Source: Vampirovibrionaceae bacterium NZW_1234 (GTDB lineage: Bacteria > Cyanobacteriota > Vampirovibrionia > Vampirovibrionales > JAGQHJ01). From it: 64,000 bases of DNA. The stretch spans positions 32,001 to 96,000 of the forward strand of contig JBGUGD010000007.1 in assembly GCA_041697335.1 (NCBI GenBank), written 5' to 3'. Position 1 is the stretch's first letter; every line of letters begins with the position of its first letter. The notes under the pieces were generated by a model. The model was not told the origin of the DNA, made no database searches, and saw nothing but the letters and a program-made list of their open reading frames with translations. This document shows positions 48,023 through 58,618 of this stretch, piece after piece. The translations under genes and the position numbers were made by a program.

Positions 48023-49669
48023 ATGGTTCATATTTCACATCTTTCTTTTGAAAGAACACGATTTGTGTCTTCAAATACCAAGCGATTTTCTCCGTCTTCA
48101 TTCAATGAGGCTGCATTTCGATTTTCCGGTCGACAACAAGTCAGCTTGTCCAAGCAGGTTGATAATTTTATGTCCTGGGTGAGCGATTCTCATTTATCAA
48201 ACGTTTTCAGCGCGAATGGAGTCGAGTATTATGCACCACCTATCCCAAGCCAAATATCAGGACTAACGCCGCAGCAGAACTCGGAAAACAATCGTACGCT
48301 GGCTTTGTTTAAAAGAACGTTTCCCAACTTTTTATGGACAGGTATTGAGTGTAGTAATCCAGTTAATGCCAAAGGTGAGCGGTGGGATCAATTAGCGATG
48401 ACTCGGTTTTATGCTCCCAAAGAACGTCAGCGGCAGGTCAAGTTGATGCGCTCACTTGGGTTTTATAATGTTCGCTTGGGGATTCCGAATCATAAAGTAG
48501 CGCAGCAGAAAAGCTGGCGGCAAATGGATTCTATTCTTTCTTCCTTTCAGCAAGGTAATGAAAAGTATCCACCGGAGGAACAGATTAAAATCAGCTTGGA
48601 TCTCCAGCATTTTGGTTTGCCCGACTCACTCAATAATGTAGCCGATCGGTCGAAGAGTTTCTATTTGAACCCGCAGTGGCCTAAGCAATTTGCTCGCTAG
48701 GCAAAATGGGTCCTGCAACGCTATCTTAAACAAGTTGATGCGATTACCATTATTAATGAACCGTTGATCACCAACCAGTTTTCGAGCACCCACCTGAACG
48801 AATCCTTTCCTGGGCATGGGCACAAAGCGTTTAACCGCTATTTCATCGAGCGTGCTTTTCTCATCGCCAAGGCTGCTTTGATGGGTCGGTACAATATTGA
48901 GACTCTTTTACAAGCCCAGCCCCAGGGGCAGAATCGTAAGATTTTTATTCATAATGAAAGCTGTGAGCAGACCGTTGGGGATGAAGATTTCAATCGATTC
49001 CGTCGCTTTCTGACCAGTGATTTGATTTTGGGACATGACTGGTTGCTCAAGGGGAATTTTGTTCAGTCCGACATGTTTCAGTGGATGCTGCGCCAGATGG
49101 AAGAAGGGGGCCATCCTCAAGGTCGTGATTTCCTGGTGAAAGGCTTAACCGAAATCCGGGATATGCACCATTCTTTTCAGCGCCGATTTAAAAAATCCAT
49201 GAAGGCGGATACGGTTTTTGGAATTGATTATTATCTGACCAACGAACGTGGCTCTGGCATTAGTGGGCGACTTGAGGAATACAGTCAGGAGCTTCGGCAA
49301 GGCACCAGAAGAGGCTTATTTGGTATGGGCATTGATTATTGGGAGCGCTATCATTTGCCTTTGCTTCATACAGAAACTAATTTTCGGCATGAGTCTAGTG
49401 ATGTTTGGGGATTTCAGCAGTTAGTCGAGCTGGCTCAATTGGCTAAGGCTAAAATTCCGGTTTTAGGGTTTACCTGGTATAGCCTGATGGATCAATTTGG
49501 CTGGGAACGTGGGTTAGACTGTTCCCCTGAAGCAGCGGCTCACTACCCGGTTGGATTGGTCAGTACCCAGAATCATGAGTTACGGAAATTTTCTTCTCGT
49601 ATTTTGCCAGACTTACGCCATGCCTTGTTGTTTCGCAGGGCGGAATCTACCGCATCCTTATCGCCTTAA
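48023..49669 (+). pseudogene. GH1-like (clan GH-A) glycoside hydrolase interrupted by one in-frame TAG at 48698-48700
   Basis: ORFs 48023-48700 and 48764-49669 are in the same frame. Read-through gives TGIECS...DLQHFGLP...FAR*AKWVLQRY...IINEP...GIDYY...HTETN...GFTWYSLMDQFGW. Confidence 0.85.
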
Positions 49670-49779
49670 ATTGCCAATTTTGGTAACTGAAAAACGAGAG
49701 AACATCATGAACGATATTCTTGGCACATTGTGGCAATTTGGGGGGCTTGTATTTGCAGGCCGAACGGAGGACTTGTTTT

Positions 49780-50001
49780 ATGGCGGATGAGCTTAAGGGG
49801 ACTGATGAGCAGACTGCTCAAACCCAAGATGCGGCTATGATCCGAACGAAAAAAGATGAAGATGGCCAACCGGCGCCGGTCACTCCTCAACAAGTGAAGA
49901 ATATCCCGACGCCAGAGGCTGGTAGTATTGATACAGGTCAAACGGCTGGAAAAGATCCACATCAACGTCTTCATGCCAGTCACGAAGACAAGGCGGGATA
50001 G
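49780..50001 (+). CDS. Small hydrophilic hypothetical protein
   Basis: GGAGG RBS, ATG 49780, 73 aa, charged and likely disordered. Confidence 0.65.
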   Translation: MADELKGTDEQTAQTQDAAMIRTKKDEDGQPAPVTPQQVKNIPTPEAGSIDTGQTAGKDPHQRLHASHEDKAG

Positions 50002-50031
50002 GTTTTTAGTTGACCTGTGAGTTTGTTCCGC

Positions 50032-50622
50032 TTATCGGTCGAGTTGGGTTAAGGCGGCTCGAATTTGGTTCCGGTGTGATTCGAGAACGGGGAGACTGTT
50101 CGTGGCATAAGCTTTTAAGCTGGCATTTTTGCCAGTTTGAATGTGTCGCTGATAGAGTGAGATAGCCATATTATGTTCTGTCAACTGACTGTTTAAAAAA
50201 GCATGATCAAATGTACGTCCCGACAGTTGTGATAACTGAGTCATCAAGGCTTGGTGTCTTTGTTCTATTGTTGTTGGCATTGTTAAATTATATTGTTGTG
50301 CGATGCTGGCCAGGGACTGGTTGGCATTTTGATGTTCTTGAATCATATGTTGGGCAATGGCTTTCACTTGATTATTTTGTGACTTCGTTAAAGCGAGTTT
50401 GCCCAGTTGTATTTCAGCGAGGTTTCCTCTTGCGGCAGCGGTAAAAAACTGTTGATCCTGAGGGCTCAGTGTTGAGGTGTTCATGCCCATCGGTGACATT
50501 GACTGAGGCTGTCCTGTTCTGATTGGTTGTTGGGCATCTACCGCATTATTTATTTGAAGAAACAGGCAAAATCCTGCACTCACTATTATACCGGCAATCA
50601 ATGGAAGCGATTTCTGCATCAT
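50032..50622 (-). CDS. DUF4142 family exported ferritin-like protein
   Basis: Signal peptide; LSPQDQQF, AEIQLGKLA, MIQEH, LSGRTFD, LPVLESH. Confidence 0.88.
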   Translation of the reverse strand: MMQKSLPLIAGIIVSAGFCLFLQINNAVDAQQPIRTGQPQSMSPMGMNTSTLSPQDQQFFTAAARGNLAEIQLGKLALTKSQNNQVKAIAQHMIQEHQNANQSLASIAQQYNLTMPTTIEQRHQALMTQLSQLSGRTFDHAFLNSQLTEHNMAISLYQRHIQTGKNASLKAYATNSLPVLESHRNQIRAALTQLDR

Positions 50623-50925
50623 TGTTCTCCTTATCTTCTTCTGATTTTGAATCCTATTTTTTGGGCTGGATGACTATGGAGGGCCCTCATCGGACCATGA
50701 TCACGAGTGTCTCTCTATTCACCAAAATACGGATATTCGTAGATGTCCTTGCTTTATGAAAAGGTAGAAATTTGGAACAGCTTACTTCCAGCAGACTTAA
50801 CTGTTGAAAAACTTAGGTGAATCAGGGCATCTGTCAGAGCGGTGAATTGAGTATAGTACACAGTGGTATTGCAGCAATTTGGAAATTGCTGGGCTCGAAG
50901 AGACAGTAGAGATAGGTTTTTAGCG

Positions 50926-52338
50926 ATGACGACGACTTTTAATCGTTCCTTTGATTTGATTATTCTGGGCGGAGGCACCGCCGCGTTGGCCGCTGTGAGT
51001 GAAGCTTTGGATCAGGGTGTAGAGAGAATTCTCCTCATTGAGAAGCAATCGCTTTTAGGGGGCGAATGTGCGTTAAATGCTTGTGTACCCTTGCATTCTT
51101 TAGCCACGGCTGCAACCACACTCCGCGAAATGGAGCACAAGGCACCGGATTATGGCATTACTGTTGAGCAGATGACGTTAGATTATTCATTGCTTCGGGA
51201 AAAAGTGGAGCGCATTGTCAAGGAACGAGTCTCTCGGGGGCAGGATGAATCGGACGAGCGGGTGACAATAATTCAAGGGGAAGCCTCCTTTGTTTCAAGG
51301 CGGGAAGTTCTTGTAGGAGATACTGTTTACCGCGGCGAAATAATTTTCATTGCAACAGGCACACAACCGAGAGTACCTGTCATACCGGGTTTAGAAGAGA
51401 GCGGTTATTTATTGTATCCTCAGGCAACGCATTTAGAATCCCTGCCCATGTCACTCATTGTCCTGGGGGCTGGTCGCATTGGGGTCGAATTTGCCCAGAT
51501 ATTTCATGGGTTAGGGTGTCAGGTTGATCTGGTTGAAGAGCAGGCCAGCATTCTTCCCCGAGTTGATCCGGATGTCAGCTGTGAATTGAATCGCTTGTTT
51601 ACTCATGAATTTATTCATACCTATACCGGGTGTCGTGTCGTAAAAGTTTCACGAAACTCTGATCTCAAGCAGGTGTATCTCGAAGATGGCACTGTGCTTG
51701 AGGCTGAAGAGATCTTGGTGACCACTGGAAGGTGGGGCGTTACCGAAGGGCTTAATTTACAGAATGCGGGTGTTGAAACAGATGAGAATGGTATTATCGT
51801 AGACACGATGCTTCGCACCACGGCGGAAAATATATGGGCCATTGGCGATGTGGTTGGGCCTTATCGGTATACGCATATTGCAAACTATCATGCGGTTATT
51901 GCTGTTCAAAATGCCTTTAAAGAAGCCGAGCGCGCCGTCAATTATAAAACCATTCCCTTTGTTATCTTTACTGAACCTCAGGTGGCCTTTGTGGGCTTGA
52001 CGGAGGAGATGGCGCATCGACAATGTTTATCTGTCATGGTGATGAAAAGCTCTGCAACAGAACCCACCCGGTTTAAAACGGATTCCGATTCGATGGGGTT
52101 TACCAAAGTTATTATTGATGCGGAGAATGATCAGATTGTTGGGGCCCATATTATTGCAAGCCAAGCGGGTGAAATGATTCACTTATTGTCACTGGCCATG
52201 GAGAACCAGCTGTCGGTGTCTCAAATCACCAAGATGGTTTATGCCTACCCCACCAAAATGCAGTTAATTCAAAAGACACTTGAACCCTATCCCAGGGAAA
52301 AAGCCCGAATTCTGGAGTTTGCTCGCACGCAAGCCTAA
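50926..52338 (+). CDS. Flavoprotein disulfide reductase (dihydrolipoamide dehydrogenase/mercuric reductase-like)
   Basis: GGGTAA, GGECALNACVP redox disulfide, IATG, GAGRIGVE, IWAIGD, YAYPT. Confidence 0.9.
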   Translation: MTTTFNRSFDLIILGGGTAALAAVSEALDQGVERILLIEKQSLLGGECALNACVPLHSLATAATTLREMEHKAPDYGITVEQMTLDYSLLREKVERIVKERVSRGQDESDERVTIIQGEASFVSRREVLVGDTVYRGEIIFIATGTQPRVPVIPGLEESGYLLYPQATHLESLPMSLIVLGAGRIGVEFAQIFHGLGCQVDLVEEQASILPRVDPDVSCELNRLFTHEFIHTYTGCRVVKVSRNSDLKQVYLEDGTVLEAEEILVTTGRWGVTEGLNLQNAGVETDENGIIVDTMLRTTAENIWAIGDVVGPYRYTHIANYHAVIAVQNAFKEAERAVNYKTIPFVIFTEPQVAFVGLTEEMAHRQCLSVMVMKSSATEPTRFKTDSDSMGFTKVIIDAENDQIVGAHIIASQAGEMIHLLSLAMENQLSVSQITKMVYAYPTKMQLIQKTLEPYPREKARILEFARTQA

Positions 52339-52368
52339 CCGTTTTGGTTAACGAAAGAGGATGAATGC

Positions 52369-53025
52369 ATGATGATGAGCACTGTTTTATGGAATGTGGC
52401 GAAGCGCTCCCGTCGAACCGTAAGGCCGGGAGTACTGACGGGCGCTGTAGCAACAGGGTTGTTGGGAGTCGCATTGTATCAGTCGTTTAAAATGTACCAT
52501 AACTGGTACGCCACTCGTCCCACGGATTTACCGAAGAAAATGGGAGCACAGTGGGGAGATGCACATCAGGCAATTACAATTCGATGTTCTCCAGATCAGG
52601 TCTTCAGTCTGTTTCAGAATCCGGAATCCTTGGCCGAGATTTTTTCTCACCTTAGTGCGGTTGAGTCTATTGATGCTGAACGTTCTCGTTGGACGGCTTC
52701 TGGGCTCAATGGCGTGGAGATTAGCTGGGATGTCATGATGACAGAGGATATCCCCGGTCGAAAGTTGACTTGGCAGTCCGTTGATACAGAGACATCCAGT
52801 GTTCGGATGTCGGGTAGTGTCACGCTTGTTGATGCCCCTCGCGAGCAGGGAACAGAGGTTCACGTGGATCTTCGGCATAAGCCCTCTGCAGCAGTTACCC
52901 GGGCAGGAATATTTCGATACAAACCTGAAGCCCAACTTGCGGATGACTTGAGGCGGCTCAAGCAACGCCTGGAGTTGGGTACCAGCCCCACAATTGAAGG
53001 TCAGCCTGCCGGTAGCGTCAGTTAG
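52369..53025 (+). CDS. SRPBCC family (polyketide cyclase/dehydrase-like) protein
   Basis: AITI, SRWTA, ISWD, LTWQS, GTEVHV, DDLRRLKQRLELG, TIEGQP; typical neighbour of a Zn-dependent dehydrogenase. Confidence 0.88.
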   Translation: MMMSTVLWNVAKRSRRTVRPGVLTGAVATGLLGVALYQSFKMYHNWYATRPTDLPKKMGAQWGDAHQAITIRCSPDQVFSLFQNPESLAEIFSHLSAVESIDAERSRWTASGLNGVEISWDVMMTEDIPGRKLTWQSVDTETSSVRMSGSVTLVDAPREQGTEVHVDLRHKPSAAVTRAGIFRYKPEAQLADDLRRLKQRLELGTSPTIEGQPAGSVS

Positions 53026-53073
53026 GTACGCCACACCTAGATTTAAAATAGTAGAAAGAAGGAGAAGGGCGAG

Positions 53074-54252
53074 ATGAAAGCACTTTGCTGGAACGGCATT
53101 AATGATCTGCGTGTGGAAACCGTGAGCGATCCGGAAATTTTACAGCCTACCGATGCCATCGTCAGGGTGATCTTATCAACCACGTGTGGATCTGACTTAC
53201 ATCTGCTCCATGGGTTTGTTCCGACCATGAAACCGGGCGATATTATCGGTCATGAATTTATGGGGGAGGTGGTTGAGGTTGGCGCTGAGGTTCAGCGTTT
53301 GAAGAAAGGAGATCGGGTTACGGTTATTTCAATCATTGGTTGTGGCCAATGTACTCATTGTCAAAATGAGCAATGGTCCTTGTGTGACAATTCCAACATC
53401 AATCGAGAGCCGTTGGATACCATGCTGGGTCATACGACGGCTGGAATTTACGGGTATTCCCATGCCTTTGGCGGCTATGCCGGCAGTCATGCCGAATACA
53501 TCCGGGTTCCTTTTGCGGACTATGGGGCTGTTAAGATCCCGGATGGCGTTACGGATGAACAGGCATTATTTGTCTCGGATGCAGTTCCCACCGGATACAT
53601 GGGGGCCGATCTGTGCGATATAAAGCCGGGTGATGTGGTGGCCGTTTGGGGCGCCGGTGGCGTAGGCCAAATGGCAGCTAAAAGTGCGTTCTTAAAAGGT
53701 GCTGAACGAGTAATTGTTATCGATCAGGTCCAACATCGTCTGGATCTGGCCCAACAGATGTTAGGGGTCGAGACATTAAACACGCGTGACAATAACTATA
53801 TGCACAGCTTGGAGGAAATGACCGGTGGCCGTGGCCCAGATGCCTGTATTGACGCCGTGGGCATGGAGTCTGACTCCAATAACCGACTTGAGGACATCTA
53901 TGACAAGGTGGAACAGTCGCTTCGCATGCAGTCGGATAGGCCATCTGTTTTGCGTCATGCCATTTTAGCCTGCCGTAAGGGTGGGACAATCTCGATTATG
54001 GGGGTGTATGGCGGCTTGGTTGATAAACTACCCATTGGGGCGGCGATGAACAAAGGGTTGACCTTTAAGATGGGACAGCAATTCGGGCAAAAATATGCCC
54101 CTGTATTATTTGAGCATATCCAGCGGGGTGAGCTGGATCCATCTTATATGATAACCCACAAAATAACTCTGGATGAGGCTCCTGAAGGATATAAGACTTT
54201 TTCAAAAAGAAAGGACAATTGTCTGAGAGTTGTCATTTCTCCATCATCTTAG
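53074..54252 (+). CDS. Zn-dependent alcohol/formaldehyde dehydrogenase (MDR family)
   Basis: CGSDLH, GHEFMG, CGQCTHC...C, GYSHAFGGYAG, SDAVPTG, GAGGVG. Confidence 0.93.
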   Translation: MKALCWNGINDLRVETVSDPEILQPTDAIVRVILSTTCGSDLHLLHGFVPTMKPGDIIGHEFMGEVVEVGAEVQRLKKGDRVTVISIIGCGQCTHCQNEQWSLCDNSNINREPLDTMLGHTTAGIYGYSHAFGGYAGSHAEYIRVPFADYGAVKIPDGVTDEQALFVSDAVPTGYMGADLCDIKPGDVVAVWGAGGVGQMAAKSAFLKGAERVIVIDQVQHRLDLAQQMLGVETLNTRDNNYMHSLEEMTGGRGPDACIDAVGMESDSNNRLEDIYDKVEQSLRMQSDRPSVLRHAILACRKGGTISIMGVYGGLVDKLPIGAAMNKGLTFKMGQQFGQKYAPVLFEHIQRGELDPSYMITHKITLDEAPEGYKTFSKRKDNCLRVVISPSS

Positions 54253-54320
54253 CTTCAAGGCTCTCTAAATCATTTTATAATCTGTCTATTTCAGCCAGAG
54301 CCAAAAAATCAAATCCGTAA

Positions 54321-54351
54321 CTACCCACCTGACTAATAGCCAGGTGGGTAG
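54321..54351. terminator. Hairpin downstream of the reductase-SRPBCC-dehydrogenase operon
   Basis: CTACCCACCTG-N9-CAGGTGGGTAG, perfect 11-bp stem followed by ATTTCT. Confidence 0.5.
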
Positions 54352-54485
54352 ATTTCTGTCATTGTCCAAGTAGGTTGGTGATAGTGAGAGCCTCGACTCT
54401 GAATTATTTTTCCCCCTGATTAATCCCGTTTTGGCTGGGTATTTTAGCCCAAATTGCGTAAGAGCATATCAAATGCAGGCAGAAC

Positions 54486-57400
54486 ATGTACATTGACGAA
54501 CATGTGCGTATAGCATCCAAGAGTAACGTTTCTGAGACCGTTTCGCAGCAGACAGCATCTGCAGCTCTACTTTTTCTGGATGCCGAGGGGCGTGTTCTGT
54601 CAGCGACTCCAGCTTGGACAAGGCTATCAGGCTATGGATTACGTGAGAGTCAGGGGCGGCTTCTCAGTGATTTAGTCCGTTCTAATACATCCATCCCTGG
54701 TTATAAACCATCGGTCTCGTCTGAAGGAGCCGTCATCGGCGTCCTATTGCGCGGTGAATCCAGTGAGTATCTGCCGGATGTGTTTGTCCATAAACTCGGT
54801 CATCATTACTCGGTGCTATGCTCTGTTCAACCCCTGGTTGAGCAGGGGCACACTCTCGGCAGCATGTTGGAAGTTCGCAAGGGAATGTCATTGCCTGGCC
54901 TGAATGAAGAGGACGTTTTGCCCTCGCCGGTCAACCTGAAGTTGTTTGATCAAACACAAGTAGGGATTGCCAGTACAGACCTGACCGGTCGGTTTTTGTA
55001 TGCTAATAAAGCCTATTGCCAGCTTGTAGAACGTTCCGAGAGTGACCTTCTTGACTTGCGGATGCAGGACATCACCCATCCAGAAGACTTGGCGGCCAAT
55101 TTACCTCTGTTTCAAAAAGCCGTCCAAGCCGGTGAAGCATTTTCAATTGTGAAACGGTATATTTTGCCCGATGGTCGTCATCGTTGGGTGAACAATCATG
55201 TTCATGCCCTTAAGGATAGCAAGGGACAATTTCGAGAGGTGGTTGCTCTTTCTGTCGATATCAGTGAGCAGAAACTTCTGGAAGAGCGGTTAGGCCGGCA
55301 GGAAGCAAGCTTACGGGAGTTAACCCATACTATTCCGTCGATTGTCTGGCGGGCAGATGCGACAGGTGCATGTACCTTTGTGAATCGCCAATGGGAAATC
55401 TTTAGCGGTGAGCCATTTGAAAGTGCTTCCGGCTGGAACTGGATGGCCTTTCTACACCCGGAAGATTTACACCTGTGTGACAGCATAAAACACAAATTCA
55501 GCAATGGGGAACCTTACGAATTAGAGTATCGCCTACGCCGTGCCGATGGGATTTATCGGTGGTTTATTGCGCGTAGTCAGCCTATATATAATTCACATGG
55601 GGAAATTTCTCACTGGTATGGATCATGTACCGATATTACAGAGCAAAAAGAAGCTCAAACAGCTCTTGAAGTAAGTGAAGAACGCTTAAAGCAAATTACC
55701 AATTCTGTACCGGCTATTGTTTGGGTCGCAGATTCAAGTGGTGCTGTTAGCTATATCAGTGAACGTTGGACGGAATATACCGGAGAACCCGTCATCAACG
55801 CCTTGGGTGCGGGGTGGGTTTCAATTCCCCATCCTGATGACTTGCCTAGCGTCAAAGCGGCTTGGCAGTATTCGCTTGAAACGGGGGAAGCTTTTGAGGT
55901 AGAAACCCGATTCAAGCATCATAGCGGACAGTATCGTTGGATGCGGGTCTGGGCACATCCAGCCAAAGATGCTAATGGTCGAGTTATTGCCTGGTATGGC
56001 TCTAACACCGATATTCATAAAAAGCGGATGATGTTGCAAGCCATCGAGCAAAGTGAGGCCCGCTATCGCCAGGTGTTTGAATCCGACTTGATTGGTATGG
56101 CCATCGGGTTTATCGATGGGACGTTGATCGAGGTTAACGAATGTTATGCCAAGATGGTTGGCTATTCCCGGGACGATGTTGTTTCCGGAAAAGTCAACTG
56201 GGCTGCTTTAACTCCGGCAGACTATTTAGACGTTGAAATGATGTATTTGGCCCGAATGCGAGAGACAGGAGAGCCGCAGACCTATGAAAAGCAATATATT
56301 CATCGTGATGGGCATCGGATTGATATTTTAATTTATGCGACGTTCATGGATGCGGATCAGCAAATTATCCTGGGGCTGGTTCAAAACATTACCGAGCGCA
56401 AACAATACGAGCGTGCGCTGGTGCAAAGCGAAACCCGCTTTCGACAGTTGGCCGAGAACCATGCGGTGGGCGTTATTTTCTGGGATTTGGATGGGGACAT
56501 TTGGGATGCCAATGACGTGCTTCTTAATTTATTAGGCTATACGCGAGAGGAGCTTCGAGCCGGAAAGCTGAATTGGAAGGCCATTACACCCGAGCAGTGG
56601 CAAGAACAGGATGCAAAAGCAGCCCAGGAAATTATTGACCTGGGAAAGCATGCGTCCTTCGAAAAGCAATACCGCCATAAAGATGGTTCCTTAATTGATG
56701 TCATGCTCAGCGGCGAACGCTTTGCTGGAGAGGAGCGTTGTGGCTTTTCATTGGTGGTAGATATTCGAGAGATTAAGCAGGCCAAGCGAGCCTTGGAGGA
56801 GAGTGAGCGTCAATTTCGGACGCTTGCGGATTCAATTCCGCAATTGGCCTGGATTGCTGATGGCGAAGGTTGGGTCTTTTGGTATAACCAACAATGGTAT
56901 GACTATACGGGGACAAATCCTGAAGAGGTGCATGGTTGCGGATGGAAGGCTGTTCATCATCCCGATTACCGGGATCGTGTTGTTGCCTTTTTATCCGATG
57001 CCTGGACCAAGCCTGAACCCTGGGAATTTGAATTTCCGCTGCGTCGTTACGATGGTCAATGGGGCTGGTTTCTTACCCGGGCAACCCCGGTCTTAGACCG
57101 GGAGGGCAAAATTGTTCGCTGGTTCGGGACCAATACCGATATTACTGCTCAAAAAGAGAGCGAAAAGCGCTTTCAAGAATTATATGACTGGGAAAAGAAA
57201 ACGCTTCAAATTGTGGAAGCCCTTCGGGAGCCGCAACCACCGGATATGATGTTGCATTGTCTGGTTAATCAGCTAGGTGAGGCGCTTCATGTAGATCGGG
57301 TATTCCTCTTGGAGTTTGATCGCAACGGCCATGGCTTGCCAGTTAGCTTCGAATATTTAAGTCATCCGAATTTTCCATCAATCCAAGGGCGTATTCCTCC

Positions 57401-58466
57401 TTGGGAAGAATGTCCCTTTGCTCAACAGGCCATACAACTGCAACATCCTTTTTCGACCGATGTGTTGGTTAGTGATTGCTTGGACTCAATTCCGTCGGTT
57501 AAATACTTCGTCGAGGAATTTGGTATTCGCGGCATTATGGCCTCTCCCATTGTTTATCATAATGAATTATTGGCAATCGTCTTGGTTCATACGAATCAGC
57601 CACGCCAGTGGCATGAGCGTGAATTGTACTTTGTTCGCACAGTCTGTAATCAGGCTGCTATTAGTATTTATCAGGCTCGTGCCAAAGCCGAGCTGGAAAT
57701 ACTCTCTCGTCGAAAAAGTGAATTTGTCGCATTGATGAGCCATGAACTCAGAACACCGTTGAATTCAATATTGGGCTATTCCAAGATGATTGAAACGGAA
57801 GTGGCCGGTCCGATTAATGAAAAACAACGACGATTCGCTCAGAATGTGAGCATCAGCGGCCAACATTTGCTCAATATTATTAATGATCTCTTGGATGTGT
57901 CCAAAATCGAAGCTGGGAAAATGCAAATTAATCCAGAATGGTTGGATGTGCATGCGGTTATGGCCGAAGTCAACCAGATGATGACGCAACTGGCCAAAGA
58001 GAAGCAGGTACATTTAATGATTAATATCCAGCCTGAGCTGGATCGGGTTTTTGCGGATCAGGGACGGTTTCGTCAAATATTACTCAATCTGATCAATAAC
58101 GCCATTAAGTTCAATCGTCCTGGAGGTGAAGTATTGGTCCGGCTTTGTTGGCAGGAAGATGACTTTGTCGGTATTATTCAGGATACAGGTGCAGGCATTC
58201 CCGGGCACAAGCAGGCCGACTTATTTAAGCGCTTTCATCAAGTCGATGCTTCCTCCTCAAGAACCCAAGAGGGGACTGGCTTAGGGCTGGCATTGACAAA
58301 GGATTTATTGGAGTTGCATGGGGGCAGTATTCAGGTTGAAAGTGAAGAGGGTTCAGGCTCAACCTTTACGTTTCGCCTGCCGCGGGATGCTTCCAAGGTT
58401 GTAGAGGCAAGCCAAGCCCGTTTGGATGAGTCTGCTTCTCTGGTAATGCCTCAGTTGGCACAATAA
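54486..58466 (+). CDS. Cytoplasmic multi-PAS (about 7) + GAF sensor histidine kinase
   Basis: Repeated PAS/PAC units (HPED/HPDD, G.YRW, W.G..TDI), GAF (DRVFL...WHERE), MSHELRTPLN, NLINNAIKF, DTGAGI, GTGLGL; no TM segment or receiver domain. Confidence 0.93.
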   Translation: MYIDEHVRIASKSNVSETVSQQTASAALLFLDAEGRVLSATPAWTRLSGYGLRESQGRLLSDLVRSNTSIPGYKPSVSSEGAVIGVLLRGESSEYLPDVFVHKLGHHYSVLCSVQPLVEQGHTLGSMLEVRKGMSLPGLNEEDVLPSPVNLKLFDQTQVGIASTDLTGRFLYANKAYCQLVERSESDLLDLRMQDITHPEDLAANLPLFQKAVQAGEAFSIVKRYILPDGRHRWVNNHVHALKDSKGQFREVVALSVDISEQKLLEERLGRQEASLRELTHTIPSIVWRADATGACTFVNRQWEIFSGEPFESASGWNWMAFLHPEDLHLCDSIKHKFSNGEPYELEYRLRRADGIYRWFIARSQPIYNSHGEISHWYGSCTDITEQKEAQTALEVSEERLKQITNSVPAIVWVADSSGAVSYISERWTEYTGEPVINALGAGWVSIPHPDDLPSVKAAWQYSLETGEAFEVETRFKHHSGQYRWMRVWAHPAKDANGRVIAWYGSNTDIHKKRMMLQAIEQSEARYRQVFESDLIGMAIGFIDGTLIEVNECYAKMVGYSRDDVVSGKVNWAALTPADYLDVEMMYLARMRETGEPQTYEKQYIHRDGHRIDILIYATFMDADQQIILGLVQNITERKQYERALVQSETRFRQLAENHAVGVIFWDLDGDIWDANDVLLNLLGYTREELRAGKLNWKAITPEQWQEQDAKAAQEIIDLGKHASFEKQYRHKDGSLIDVMLSGERFAGEERCGFSLVVDIREIKQAKRALEESERQFRTLADSIPQLAWIADGEGWVFWYNQQWYDYTGTNPEEVHGCGWKAVHHPDYRDRVVAFLSDAWTKPEPWEFEFPLRRYDGQWGWFLTRATPVLDREGKIVRWFGTNTDITAQKESEKRFQELYDWEKKTLQIVEALREPQPPDMMLHCLVNQLGEALHVDRVFLLEFDRNGHGLPVSFEYLSHPNFPSIQGRIPPWEECPFAQQAIQLQHPFSTDVLVSDCLDSIPSVKYFVEEFGIRGIMASPIVYHNELLAIVLVHTNQPRQWHERELYFVRTVCNQAAISIYQARAKAELEILSRRKSEFVALMSHELRTPLNSILGYSKMIETEVAGPINEKQRRFAQNVSISGQHLLNIINDLLDVSKIEAGKMQINPEWLDVHAVMAEVNQMMTQLAKEKQVHLMINIQPELDRVFADQGRFRQILLNLINNAIKFNRPGGEVLVRLCWQEDDFVGIIQDTGAGIPGHKQADLFKRFHQVDASSSRTQEGTGLGLALTKDLLELHGGSIQVESEEGSGSTFTFRLPRDASKVVEASQARLDESASLVMPQLAQ

Positions 58467-58618
58467 ACCCGATGCCAATTTGCATGGCCAAAGCGTTTGC
58501 TCTGAACGACGAGCAAGGTTGCATCTGACCGTTACAATGCGTTGTAATCTCTTGTGTGTTGTGCTTTTTTTCGTCATATTTATACAAAATCAGAATGCTT
58601 ATTGCTCGGAGTTTTTGT

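Noticed and set aside
48698..48700. TAG as evidence of genome-wide stop-codon reassignment or pyrrolysine
   Set aside because: TAG ends clearly complete genes here (e.g. cydA at 61185), and no pyl genes or suppressor tRNA are visible.
50926..52338. Mercuric reductase MerA
   Set aside because: No C-terminal Cys-Cys pair, no N-terminal HMA domain and no mer operon genes.
54316..54355. GTAACTACCCACC...GGTGGG hairpin resembles IS200/IS605 or IscB (HEARO) element ends
   Set aside because: No tnpA, tnpB or iscB and no second end nearby; its position after an operon fits a terminator.
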